Shown: piece after piece, positions 39,101 to 50,282 of the stretch | Position numbering within the stretch: the stretch's first letter is position 1 | How the letters are laid out: each line of letters starts with the position of its first letter | NCBI GenBank assembly: GCA_964187785.1 | Contig: OZ076419.1 | Location: forward strand, 39,556,001 to 39,620,000 | Direction: 5' to 3' | DNA: 64,000 nt | Source of the DNA: Amphiscolops sp. MND2022 | Taxonomy: Eukaryota | Translations under genes and position numbers: made by a program | Notes under the pieces: generated by a model | Told to the model about the DNA's origin: nothing | What the model saw: the letters and a program-made list of their open reading frames with translations, nothing else | Databases searched by the model: none

Positions 39101-40209
39101 TTCTCTCCAGTCATGACTTGGGCGAGCAGTTATCCGCAGGCAAGACGAAAGAGTATGTGGCTTTCCGGCTTCATTGTCGGCAGTTTGTTGATCGTCTGAT
39201 CATCATTTTACTGGAAAGCACATATGCACGTTCTGTTATTGCTAAAGGGATGTGTAGTTTCTGCCCCGAGTTGATGCTGGAAGGCGATGATGTGGCCGTT
39301 TTCAGTCTTTTTGCTGATTTGTGCCGTGTTCTTGTATCCTGTGGTTCGCTGAGTGTGGACGAAAGTAGTGCGGCTTTGGAGGAACATAAAAGTTTCATTG
39401 TGGAAAAACGTGGGTATCATTCTTCATCAGGGCAGTCTGCTGGTGACATCGTGGATGTGGTGCCGTACCTGCTCCGTGATGTTGGATTTTTGTCACGACC
39501 ACATTTGCTCCGGGTATTCAGGCTGTGTTGTCTTGTCTCGGGAGTGTCTGCCTCACGCTATCCTGCCGTGTCTCTGGATTTATCTGGGTTTGCATTGAGT
39601 GTTGCAGACTTTCTGAGCTATGTGCAACTGGTGCAGTCTTATATATTGAGCGAAGGATATTCCCATCAGTCCTTCTTCAGTGATCAGACTGTTAAAGTTG
39701 TGAAAAAGGCTATCGCAGATGCTGGCAGATTTTTTGGAGCGTCTAACTTCAGTATGTGGACCGAGTTTTGTGGGGAGGATGTGGATGCCTTTGTTGCAAA
39801 ATATAGTACGTTGTTTACTACTTTCGTCGCGGTGCGTCGGAAGAGCTTCGATGCTCATTATGTGGAGTACAACAATGCAAATCGGATGTCCCGGTTGTCT
39901 GAAAGTGGCGATACAGCTGGTTCGAGTGGTTCCCTGAGTTCTGTGATTCAGCGGAAGAGGCAAGATACAGGTCCTCCAAGTGTTGCTTCCGTGAAGTCTG
40001 GTGGCAGTAAGTCAAGTAATGGCGAAACGAAATTGGGGTCTAAGTCTGCTACTATTTCGTCTAAAGGGAAGAAGCAGCTGAAAAATGTCGGTGGTAACTC
40101 GGGCGATGGAGCTGGTTCATCTAAAGGAAGAAAGAAAGCTGTGCGAGATGCTGATGATGATGGCTCTGGTAGTCAGCCAAAACCTAAGAAAATGTCCAAA
40201 AACTGTTGA
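36191..40209 (+). CDS. Element A antisense cargo gene, 7 exons, ~1093-aa zinc-finger protein (one in-frame TAA at 38041)
   Basis: join(36191-36311,36426-36776,36889-37113,37220-37797,37969-38589,38666-38747,38906-40209). All introns are GT-AG, phases 1,1,1,0,0,1 are mutually consistent, and the total of 3282 nt is 1094 codons. CX2CX16HX5H finger at 37381-37461. Confidence 0.8.
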
Positions 40210-40363
40210 TGATTTGATTTCTTGTAGACTTTGATGTAGTTATATTTTCCTTTTATTGTCCGCTGATCTCCGTTGTATTAGTTTTTGAGTATATAGTTTT
40301 AGAAAATCCCGAGAAAAATTGACGTAGCCATTCCGGTTCGGTTTGGTTTGTTGAGTTTTTTAG

Positions 40364-42088
40364 CTAGTCTTGAGTTGGACGTGAGTCCTCCGTAGTAGCT
40401 GAGTCAAGCCTTCGAAAATCAGGATTGACATTAGGTTTCGGATTAGGTCGTAAGTTGTATCTTCCCACTTTTCTAGGATTATATCCAACGACGATAGGCG
40501 GCAATTCGGGTGTTTTGGGAGGGCTTTGTATCGGTGGTGGGGTCAAAATATATGGGTTATCGCTGATATTTAGATCAAATGACGTAACGTTGTCGGAGGG
40601 TGTTCTATCTCCTTCAGTGTTTTCATTCGTGGTTGTTTGAACCACTTCATTTTCCATTGTAGTTTCGCCTGTAGTTGTTTTAACCACATCATTTTTCGTT
40701 GTAGCTTCGTTTGTGGTTGTTTTAACCACTTCATTTTCCGTTGTGCTGTCGGCGTTGCCTGTTGTGTCTGTGATTTCTGCAACTGTAGCTTCTTCGGCGG
40801 CGTTTTCTGTGGTATTTCCGAACAGAACTTCTCCGAATTCGGTTTCCCAAGCTTGCGCGTACCAATCATTGTGGGTTGTTTTAACCTCTGGATCTGGAAG
40901 GTAATCTTCCCTTCTGACTGTTACGTCAGGTACTCGCTGATTGGGCGCATATAGCCTTAGGCGAATTCTATGGAGGGTTTGAGTATACCTAGTTCCCGTG
41001 CGACGTACGACGTAGTTGTTGTTCGAGAGTACTTTGACTACTATGTAGGGTCCTGTCCAAATGCAATCTTTAAAGGCGAATTTCATTGACTGATTGTCTG
41101 CCTTCGGATTAAGGACGTAGCAGTAGTCGTTGACTTTGAGCGGTGTAGCCGTTGCTTTCTTGTCATAATACTGTTTGTATTTGAGGTAAGACTGCATTAG
41201 GTTCTCTTTGGCAGCGTGGTGTATTTCGGCTATTTGTTTCTGTAATTGATCCGTTAGTTCTTCGTTGCTATCTTTTTCCCAATTAGGTTTCAATCCAAGT
41301 TTTATGTCCAAAATGTTGTACGGAATGCGTCCGTGAAACACTGTTGTAGGTTCGCAACCTAGGCTTTCATGGTAGCTTGTATTGTAATTCATGACTGCAA
41401 TCTGGACGTATTTGTGCCACATAGAGCGTCGTTCTCCCGTTGATATCTTTAGGGAGGTTTTCAAAGATGTATGCGTCCTTTCTAGGATGCCAATCGTTTG
41501 GGCGTGTTTCGTCGATGCGTGGCTTATCCGTATATCCAGTGTTTGTGCTATTTGGTTGACTACTTCTGACCTGAATTGTGATCCTTTATCCGTTAGAACG
41601 ACGGTCGGTAGGTAGCAGTGTCGTGTCATGACGTCTATTATGCATCGTGCGACTGTTTTTGCTGTCATATCCTGAGTCGGGTAAGCGAAAAGGTAACGCG
41701 AAAAGACATCCATCATCGTTATGATGTGTTGGTATCCATTTGAGGAGGGTAGATTTGGTAGGATGTCTACTTCTAGGCAGTCTTCTGGTCCCATTGTGAA
41801 TTCAGTGTTGCTTAGCATTTTGGGACGTATTTGTCTCGTGTCGATTCTTTTATTGGTAATGCAATCCTGACAACTGGTTACCCAAGCTCTGATTTTGCGT
41901 GCAAGACCCAAGAAGTAGTATTTCGCTCTGCATTCTTGTATCATTTTGGTGATTCCTGGGTGTTTATTTGTTTTGCCATGCAGGTTGGACAAGAGTTCTG
42001 GAACTAGGTGTTTTGGAATGATAATTTGGTTATGGGTGACTGATCCGTCTTCTCCGTAGTATTTTCGCATCAGAACTCCGTCTTTCAT
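40364..42088 (-). CDS. Element A integrase
   Basis: HGKTNKHPG...CQDC zinc-binding module, EVDILP, LTDKGSQF, GILERTH, WTGPYIV. Confidence 0.9.
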   Translation of the reverse strand: MKDGVLMRKYYGEDGSVTHNQIIIPKHLVPELLSNLHGKTNKHPGITKMIQECRAKYYFLGLARKIRAWVTSCQDCITNKRIDTRQIRPKMLSNTEFTMGPEDCLEVDILPNLPSSNGYQHIITMMDVFSRYLFAYPTQDMTAKTVARCIIDVMTRHCYLPTVVLTDKGSQFRSEVVNQIAQTLDIRISHASTKHAQTIGILERTHTSLKTSLKISTGERRSMWHKYVQIAVMNYNTSYHESLGCEPTTVFHGRIPYNILDIKLGLKPNWEKDSNEELTDQLQKQIAEIHHAAKENLMQSYLKYKQYYDKKATATPLKVNDYCYVLNPKADNQSMKFAFKDCIWTGPYIVVKVLSNNNYVVRRTGTRYTQTLHRIRLRLYAPNQRVPDVTVRREDYLPDPEVKTTHNDWYAQAWETEFGEVLFGNTTENAAEEATVAEITDTTGNADSTTENEVVKTTTNEATTKNDVVKTTTGETTMENEVVQTTTNENTEGDRTPSDNVTSFDLNISDNPYILTPPPIQSPPKTPELPPIVVGYNPRKVGRYNLRPNPKPNVNPDFRRLDSATTEDSRPTQD

Positions 42089-42420
42089 TATGATTCTTTC
42101 TTCGTGTCGTAATAGGTTTCGTCCTCGTGGTTCAGTTTTGAGAAGATGTTTGTCATATTCTTCGTGTGAGATCCGTTGTTTCAGTGCTTTAAGGAGGGGG
42201 TCTGCATCTTGTTCGTTTCTGATCCGTGCATTTTCCTTAATTGCACCGAAAGAGTAGACTGTGGAGTTGAATGGTATCTTGATGACTTCGGTTACTTTTG
42301 TTGATAGTTCTTTTTCATGTTCGTCTAGGGCACGTCACTTGCTGAGTTCTTTTCGGGCAAAAATTTCTTGTTCAGATTCATCTTCTTCGTCTGGTAGGAA
42401 GAAAAAATGTTCTTCGTCGG

Positions 42421-43761
42421 CTACATCTGATGATTGTAGATTAACCTCAATCGGGACGTTAGGATGTCGTCTCGTAGTTTAAGTTGTACCTTTTCTTTCG
42501 GTGTAAGTTCGAGTCTTGAGAGAAAATCTGCTGCCGTGTTTTGGGAGCCTGCTACGTGCATAATTCGGAACTTGAATTGTAACACATAGTCACAGGCGTT
42601 CCAGAGTGCAGGGGGTGTTGTTTTCGTCTGGAAGAATCTAGTTACTGAGCGGTTGTCCGTTAAGACCAGTGTTGGAATTGTTGTTTCCCATAGTATGTGG
42701 CTGTATTCGAGGAAGGCATGGTAGATTGCTAAGAATTCCTTGCAGTAGATGGACATTTTCAGTTGCGCAGGTGAAAAAACTCGTGATCCGAACACTACTG
42801 GTGCGAAGGTTTTTCGTTTGGAGAGTTATTTGCGCTCGTCGTTCTCTTCGATCAAGAGGGCGTAGCCACGAAAGCTTGCATCCGTCATTAAAACGTACTG
42901 TTTTCCTGCTATGGGCTGTCGGAGTGCAAGTCCACAAGCTTCCGCTAAACTGGCGTTAATTTTCTTGAAGTTATCGACAAGTTCTTCTGAAATTCTGATC
43001 TTGGAGTCTGCTTTGAGTAGTTCGTACATGCCGATGAGTTTTTCTGACAAGCGCGGTATGTAGTTGCGGTAGTAGTTAACAAAGCCAATGTATTTTTGAA
43101 CTTGTTTTTTGGATTTGGGGAAGCGGACTTTGGAGAGGAAATTTTTGACTTTTTGATCTTGCGGGGCTACTCCGTCGGGGGTGATGATTCGGCCAAGGAA
43201 TTCGATTTGGGTTACTCCAAAATGACATTTTTCGAAGGTTAGTTTTAGTCCTGCTTTCCTAATGCATTTGAAGACTGCTCTGATGTTCTTTATGAGTTGT
43301 TCCGTTGTGGTTGCGGCAATGCCAATGTCATCTACATATTGTGCACATTGGTCTGCTTTGATGACTGAGTCCAGGTACTCACGCATGAAGATCGAAAAAG
43401 CTGATAGAGCTCTGCTTGGTCCTTGTGCCAGGCGACGATAGGCGAACGTCCTACTAGCAAAATTAAAAGCAAGTAACTCTACTGACCTTTGATCTGCCAT
43501 TTGAAGGCAGTGGTACGCCTGGGAGCAGTCAAGTTTGCAGAACAGTTTTTTCCCTGCTAGGTGTTGTGCCGGATCTGAGAGGGTGCTGACAGGGTGGTTG
43601 TTGTTGATGTAGTCATCTGCTATGAGTGCGTTGATTTTGCGCAGATCCACCAGCAGCCTCAGCTTGCCGTTGGGTTTCCGTTGTGCAAATATAGGGCTGG
43701 CGTATTTGGAGAAGGGGAGTGTCGTAATGATACCGTATCGGTGCATGAGAGCCAGTTCCAC
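42421..43761 (-). pseudogene. Element A RT and RNase H (frameshifted)
   Basis: ASPIFAQRKPNGKLRLLVDLRKIN, KLDCSQAY, QYVDDIG, LMTDAS, KEFLAIY and AADFLSR across ORFs 42826-43761 and 42421-42795. Confidence 0.9.
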
Positions 43762-43933
43762 AGTTAGATCTTCTTTGAGATTGATGGGGACTGGTAGACT
43801 TTGTGTGTAGACTGGTTTGTCATCTTGTGGTGTTAGCTGACTTTGAATTGTGTGTTCATCCCCCGTTGTCTAGCCGGTGTCGAGCGAAGATGTCGTTGAA
43901 TTCGACAATGGTGTCCTCGAGGTTTTCACGGTC

Positions 43934-45052
43934 TTAGTTCGCAATTAGTGAGTCTGTCCATTTGAACATGGATAGGAATTTGTTGCGAGACTCTTCGTTT
44001 TTGGTTGGGTCAAGTTTTTCTAACTCGGCGAGGTCTCGCAGTTCTTTCAAGATTCGCTTTTGTATGGGCGAATGTTCCTGTTCGTTGCCTGGGTGTTCTG
44101 GGGTCGGAAACCAGAATTTCTCTTCATTATCGTCGGGCCGCTCTACTTGCATTAGTGCATTGATGTACGTGACCACATCGTCATGGTCAGTTAGGAGATT
44201 CAGGGCGGCTATGTCAACTGGGCGGATCATCTTCGTTTCTTCGGGTTTCAGGATTTGCAGTTCGGCCATTTTGGTGTTGGTGGCTATAGTGTATGGGAAA
44301 TCCGTGGTGTTGGCGATTTTAATTAGTATTTTTTTGTCTCTGGCTGTTGTAATAGCTGGGGCTACTATTACATTCGCGCATTCATCGAATTGTGGTAGGG
44401 GTTGTAAAGTGCCCGTTATTGAGTGTTCGATACTCACAGGGATTGTTGCGTAGATGATTCGGGTAGAGTGCGCTGGAATTGTATGCTTGGCTTCGGTCTT
44501 TATCGTGATGGGTTTGGGATTGCACTTTTGTCTTTCATCTGTGAGCGCCATTGTGATTTGGATTTTAGGGAAGTCGATGGTTCCTTGTGCCGTGTCGAGA
44601 ATTGCGGCGTGTTTACGTAGGAACGCTAATCCAATTATGGGGAATGACGTTTGATTCATGATGATGAATGTTTCTTCAAAGGTGTAATCCCCTATTTTGA
44701 AACGTAGGGTGTACGTGGCATGTGGTTGTTCTAGTTCGGCATTGGCATACTGCACTTTGAAAGGGGGTGGGGGTGCCTTATTGACGATGCACTGACTAGC
44801 GTGCTGTCGGAGTTTTTCAGCGTCCCTTTCGCTAATAGCGTTAATGTACGCACCTGAGTCGACTAGTTCGTCAATTTTGATTGTGTTGAATTCGACTGGT
44901 AGAAAAAGCATTCGTTTTTTCTTCTTTAGGGCGATGGAAGACATTAACGGAATGTAGTCGTCATCTTTGTCGTGTTGGATGAATTCTTTGATGGCATCTA
45001 GGTCTTCAGGCAGTTTTGAGGGACATTCCGTGATTTCTACGTCGTCGTCCAT
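43934..45052 (-). CDS. Element A aspartic protease followed by a beta-rich, dUTPase-like spacer domain
   Basis: LVDSGAYINAI and PIIGLAFL protease motifs. The following ~120 aa (TIPAHSTRII...KIANTTDFPYTI) resemble the pseudo-dUTPase seen in some Gypsy pols, which is an inference. Confidence 0.8.
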   Translation of the reverse strand: MDDDVEITECPSKLPEDLDAIKEFIQHDKDDDYIPLMSSIALKKKKRMLFLPVEFNTIKIDELVDSGAYINAISERDAEKLRQHASQCIVNKAPPPPFKVQYANAELEQPHATYTLRFKIGDYTFEETFIIMNQTSFPIIGLAFLRKHAAILDTAQGTIDFPKIQITMALTDERQKCNPKPITIKTEAKHTIPAHSTRIIYATIPVSIEHSITGTLQPLPQFDECANVIVAPAITTARDKKILIKIANTTDFPYTIATNTKMAELQILKPEETKMIRPVDIAALNLLTDHDDVVTYINALMQVERPDDNEEKFWFPTPEHPGNEQEHSPIQKRILKELRDLAELEKLDPTKNEESRNKFLSMFKWTDSLIAN

Positions 45053-45600
45053 CTGTGCTGCGGCTGGCGCAGTTTTTGGAGGGGTTACTGGAGGATCAAC
45101 ATTTTCTCGTTTTCGTCTTACTTGATGTGCCCATATTGTTTTATCTTCAATGCAGATTATGTTTTCTGCGTCTATCGGTGTGGACGTAATGGTGACGGGT
45201 ACTGTTGGGGATGGTGTTGTTCTTTTTAGAATTGGCGATGGTGGTGATGGTAGGTTTGTGATCCCCGTGGATTGGGCTTGAGGGTTTGATACTTGAATTT
45301 TGAAGGATAGTTTATTTGTATCGTAAATGGTTGGTTCATCCCAAGGGTCACATCTGTAGTCTCTGTCGTATATTAAATTCGGTCTGTTTTTGATTCCGGC
45401 AACGGTCTTTTGAGTGTCGCATAGTTATCGGGTGACTCCGTTATCCACTGGGGTAGTGGTGTTGGGTCGTCTGGGTGTCTGGCGTTATGTCTGAGAATCA
45501 TGCCGACGTTCCAACGGCGTTGCCAGTCATGAGTTGGTTCTTCGTTACATTCGGTTAAAAAATCTTCTTCATACCTGTTTGGGGGGTCCTCTATCGTGTA

Positions 45601-45654
45601 CGCCCTCGCGTCTACTTTTTCCCCAAATCGTAGGCGCGGCGATTTCAGTTTTTT
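45601..45654 (-). promoter_or_regulatory. -1 ribosomal frameshift signal (A AAA AAC, 6-nt spacer, GC-rich stem-loop)
   Basis: Minus strand CCA AAA AAC TGA AAT then CGCCGCGCCTAC...GTAGACGCGAGGGCG, at the gag stop (45645). Confidence 0.7.
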
Positions 45655-47051
45655 GGCTGGGAGGGCAGTGTGGGCACAGGTTGTTCACTGATTTTGTTGG
45701 TTGGAATGGTGAATTCCCGTTTCTTCCTTCTGGGGTCATTTGCCGCATTGGCTCCGTTCCAACAGTTCTCAGTTTTGTGCATCTTGCCGCATGTATCACA
45801 CTTGGGCTTGGGTGCTTCGTTTTGAGCTGGGTTTTTTGTGGTTGTTTTGGCGACATTGTAACGTTCTCGTTGGAGTCTGCGACACTGTGCTTTATTTGCC
45901 ACAGTGAAAGCAATGACCTCGTTGTTGTTGGTCCTTTTTATCGTCCGTCACTACGGCGTCCACTGTGTCAAGTGGGACTAGGGTTGTTTCGTCGGGCGCA
46001 CCTAGTCCGTTTAGTCTCATTTCTCTCTCAAGATGCAACACTATGTCATTGTAGGGTTTATCTTCCAGATACGCTCTGTTGAGGATCTTCTTGACGTGGT
46101 CCGGAATTTTGGCGTAGATTGCTTTATCAATGAATCTTTGTGCTCCTGAGCCGAATGCTTCTTTTGCTGTTTTTTGCAGGGCATCAAGAAACTCATGGAG
46201 TTTCTGTTTAGTGGGGTCAAAATGCAGCGCATCCCACTCGCATCTCGCTTTAGCAGATGATTGGAAATCGCCAAAGCGACGTTTGAATGCCGTTATGACT
46301 TCTTCTAGGTTGTCTTTTTAGTGTCATCTAGATTACAATACGCTTGTAGCGCGTTTCCTCGTAGGCGTGAGTGGAAGTAGTTGATCATTTGTATCTCAGT
46401 TAGGTGAGGGTACATTTTGATATTATTTCGGAATAGGTCCTCAAAAAGTTCAAACTTTTCGGACTTACCATCGAACACTGGAAGCGAAGCAGTGAGTGCT
46501 TTCGGCATCGGGAGTAGGTTGGTAGCTGGGAATGTTTGCGGTGGTGGCGCAAACAGTATTTTAGATGTTGAAGGACGGTCTTTTGTTTGCTCGTTGGATG
46601 CGCGTTGTTGTTTTGATCTTTTCGTGGGTTGGTTGGTAGAGTCATTGAGGACTCCTGTCACCATGTTACGACTATTTATCGGTGTTGTTTTAGAGTTAGT
46701 CGTATTATGAGTTTTGACGAGGGTGGACGTCCTTGCTACGGAGACGTTCTCTGTTTCAGAGTCAGAGTCTTGGGCATTAGCGAGAACATTTTGTTTCTTG
46801 TTTAAAGGTGCTAACAGTTTAAGCATTTCCTTTTGATTTTCCGCAAGTATTTTAGCCAGATCAGACATAATCTCCTTTCTTAGCGATGTTTTTATTTCAG
46901 TCAAACTTTCTGGTTCTACCCTAGGAATCTTGCTAGAACTAGCTACAAGGGTCTCAGGCGGAAAGTTTTCAGTTACAGAGGTTTCGAAATCACCAGAGAC
47001 CAGCTCTGCTACAGCTTCCCTTTTCTGGCTTCTAGTTGTCATTTTGATCAA
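45645..47051 (-). pseudogene. Element A gag (frameshifted), starting inside the 5' LTR
   Basis: ORFs 46305-47051, 46041-46274 and 45645-45902. LPVFDGKSEKFELFEDLF capsid-like block and a CDTCGKMHKTENC knuckle. Likely ATG at 47042. Confidence 0.8.
46652..46663 (-). other. Primer-binding site TGGTGACAGGAG (element A)
   Basis: Abuts the LTR end (...GTAACA|TGG). An identical 12-mer sits at the same position in element B. TGG is complementary to tRNA CCA. Confidence 0.8.
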
Positions 47052-48804
47052 GAGAGAGAGTGAGAGAGAGAGAGAGAGAGATTATCTTTGGGAAAGGTTG
47101 AATTCTTCAAAGATTTGTTTTCTTTTGAAAACGTTAAGATAACGGAACAGAACTGGTTGTTACAAAACAAGTCAAAAACTAACTAATTTACATGTATGTA
47201 TTGCATCTTTATACTTTCCCAGCATCATTTGTTCCTCACCTAAAAATTCCTAGGTATCATAAAAATCGGGTTTGTTCAACAAAAAGCGCTAATGATTCAT
47301 ATTATTTCAGTCCCGCGTCATAAAATCAGGCATCAAAATTCCTAGTTGCGTCAGCGTTCCGTAAAATTTTGTTGAAATCATTTTTGTTCAGGCGGTTCAT
47401 TTCCTGTTTGTGCTTCAAAATTGCGGCAAAATAGAAGTCTAGTTGACATTTTCATCAGCGTAGGCACGCCGGCGTGATCAATTAGTCAGCAATCAAGTTG
47501 AGAAGATTGAAGTTCGAAGCAAAAGAATGACACTCAAAAATGGCGACGAAATCGAGACGGAATGAGTCAACTTGGAAGTGGAAGGAAAATATGGAAATTT
47601 GGTATAAAGGAACAAACGATGCTGAAACAATAATCCCAAATTCAAACATATGAATTACCTGCTAATGGCATACTACATTATTTACACTGAACACAAATTA
47701 AGTCCAAACGGGACTTTAACGGGATACAACAACGATTATACTGCTGATTAGTTGAGCGTAACATGTTCGTAATATCAAGCGGAAAGCAACTTCAACATTT
47801 TACATAATAACCATGATATTCATCAAAACATAATCAAAGTTTGGTCATTAGCCTGATTATTGCTATCATAAAAGACAACTGTTATTATTGACTTGAAAAG
47901 GAATTAGCGTTGACCTTACGTCTTACATTAGGATTACCATCAAGATATTCCAAGTGCTATAGCAAATCAAGTAGATTTGTTCTATTAAGGAAGTACTTAA
48001 GCAAAGCATAATGTCAACGCGATCAAGTGATTTACCATGACGATACAAATCCAGAACATAAAAATACCATTGCAATTTCTATCATCCTTCCTTACAGCAC
48101 AGTTTTCCTTATATGAGAATCATAACTCTTAAGTCTTTCAAGTGCATCGATTTAAAAGGCATTCGTTTGGATTTCGTTTGAAGCAGTGTTTCTCATTTGC
48201 GTTTTTAAAATTCGCTCCGTAGGCGCTACGTATTAGGATTATCTATAGCTGAACAGCGGAATACAATTGTACAATCCGTTCCGTAAGTGCTCCGTACGTA
48301 TTAAGGTTGCTTATAGTTGAGCAGCAGTAGCAAGCGGAGTGAAAACGGAAAGCGTAGGCGATTTCATTCTCTTTCTTAGCTAGTAAGCGTTGCTAGGGGC
48401 AACCACGCCTAATTCTACTGGTATCGACTCGGATAATTCCGCCAGAAAGCGACGCTATTGGTCCGTAAAAATAGAAACGTCCGTCACTTGCCTAGTTGAG
48501 TGACGCTGTCATAACGTTGTAAACATTTACTTAAAATCACTTGACTGCGGTTTTAAGTGGATATTTAACAACTGCTTTAATATTGGAATACATTTCCACT
48601 CTATTTTTGTATGTTCTGACAATTTAGATCTTATGGACTCCGTTGGGATCTCGGAGTTAAATGTCGTTTCTGTGTTTTTATTTTAGTGTGGAGTGTTAAA
48701 AATGATCCCGTTTGCAAAATTATTTAGTATTTAGATTGGAATGGAGAACTCAGAAGATAAAACCGGAAATAAAACGGTGTTGCGTGTGAAAACATTAGAC
48801 CGGA
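46664..48804 (-). repeat. Element A 5' LTR (truncated by insertion of B; contains (GA)n at 47051-47081)
   Basis: Matches 32642-34589. Homology stops exactly at ATTAGACCGGA|TGTGAT, where element B begins. Confidence 0.85.
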
Positions 48805-49578
48805 TGTGATAATCCTCTTGTTCGGATTCTTCATTTGAAAGCTCTATTTGGTCTAAGTCTGTTTCAGTTTCAAAGAAGGGTTTAGCAGGATGTTTCAAGT
48901 CCTTCATTTTAGATGCTCTAAGTGAATAGTCGTCGTTCTCGGAATCAGAGTTTTCGTTATTGGATGCATGAACTCCTATAAATTTACTCGATTTGGATCC
49001 CGATGGTTGATTTTCTCGCATTTCATTTATATCCGACCTAGGATTAGTTACTGTGGATGCACTCTTATTAGACTTTATTTCCTTTATAAACGCTTCAAGT
49101 TTGTTTTCCATTTCTTCTCTCATCTTTTCAATCCTATCGTTGTTCTTTTGTTCCATGATTTGGGTCCAAACTTGCATTTGATTGTTTATTTGACTAGGTT
49201 CGGTTAACTGGTTTTCAGAGCTATTTTCACCTAAATTTCCTTGGGCAACATTCCTAAGATCAATTAAAGCTTCATTACCTGTTTTAGGGGTTTCTATTTG
49301 TGTTACCTCCACTTCTCTGTCTGGGGACGGTGTCTCAAGTCTTCTAGACCTTCGGCTCCTTTTATTTCCCATGTTGTTCTCAAGTGAAAATGTTTTCTGG
49401 CTTTTGGGGAAGAATTTGAATTAGTCTTATATCCCACAAGAGAAGCAAAGTTGAAGTTTTACAGTGGCGAAATCAAAGTTTTACAGTTATTTGAGAAAGT
49501 GACTGCACTTGATGAGGGTTAGATTCTTAATGAATCTCTCTGATTGAAAACTTTGAATAAAATCCAAAAACCATGACA
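48805..49578 (-). repeat. Element B 3' LTR (~774 bp)
   Basis: The minus strand reads AAAAAGGAG|TGTCAT...ATCACA. The upper boundary is inferred from this PPT-like tract and the TGTxAT terminal symmetry. Confidence 0.7.
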
Positions 49579-49794
49579 CTCCTTTTTATGGGAGTCATCA
49601 TATGAAATCGAAGACAAAAATAGAATTACGTCCAATGACGTTATTCTATAAAAATAGCACAACTACATGACATCATAAAAGTATGATTGGGAAAAGAAAC
49701 TAATGAACCCTGGGACTCTCTAAAGATGGCCTTCTTTCGTAGTTGAAATGGCATCTAGATAACATTATAACACGTGCTGGATTTATTTAACAAG

Positions 49795-49995
49795 TCCTGC
49801 GAGAACCGTATAGTGACGAGTATGCGTCACAACTGGTTCCGCAGGATGCCGTATAAAGTTTTTATGAAAAGCGCATAATGCCGCATACTCGTTACACCTT
49901 GAAACGTGTAATGCCGCATAATGATACTAGTAAAAACGCATAATGACGAGTATACGTCACACCTTAATCCGCATATTACCGCATAATTGTACTAG
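49795..49995. repeat. Degenerate CCGCATA-core tandem array 1 in element B
   Basis: Recurring CCGCATAATG(A/C)CG / GACGAGTATGCGTCAC words at roughly 30-bp spacing. Confidence 0.55.
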
Positions 49996-50282
49996 CTATG
50001 AAGTAGATTACTATCTGATGACGAATTTTGACGCATCAGGACCTTTAGAATATTTGATTAGACAATGAGATAACTCAATGCATGATCACAACAAGGGTTC
50101 CCAATGAATTAATGAAGGTATGTTAGCACTATGATGAAGGTCCATTCACAATAACCATATTATAAATATCATATTTACATGACTTTCGAGACTAAAAAGC
50201 ATTGAGTTTTAAAGCATCATATAAGACGGGTTCATCAGGTTTTTAGCAAGTTTGTTGAAATGAGTTTATCATTCGTTCCTCT

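Larger units (their letters stand above)
32642..48804 (-). mobile_element. Gypsy LTR retrotransposon A with cargo region (pol decayed; 5' LTR interrupted by element B)
   Basis: Paired long direct repeats (32642-34633 and 46664-48804), a PBS, and gag-PR-RT-RH-IN in Gypsy order on the minus strand. Confidence 0.9.

Noticed and set aside
40640-40760. Three NEVVKTTT-type repeats in the element A integrase tail
   Set aside because: Ordinary low-complexity expansion in a disordered tail.
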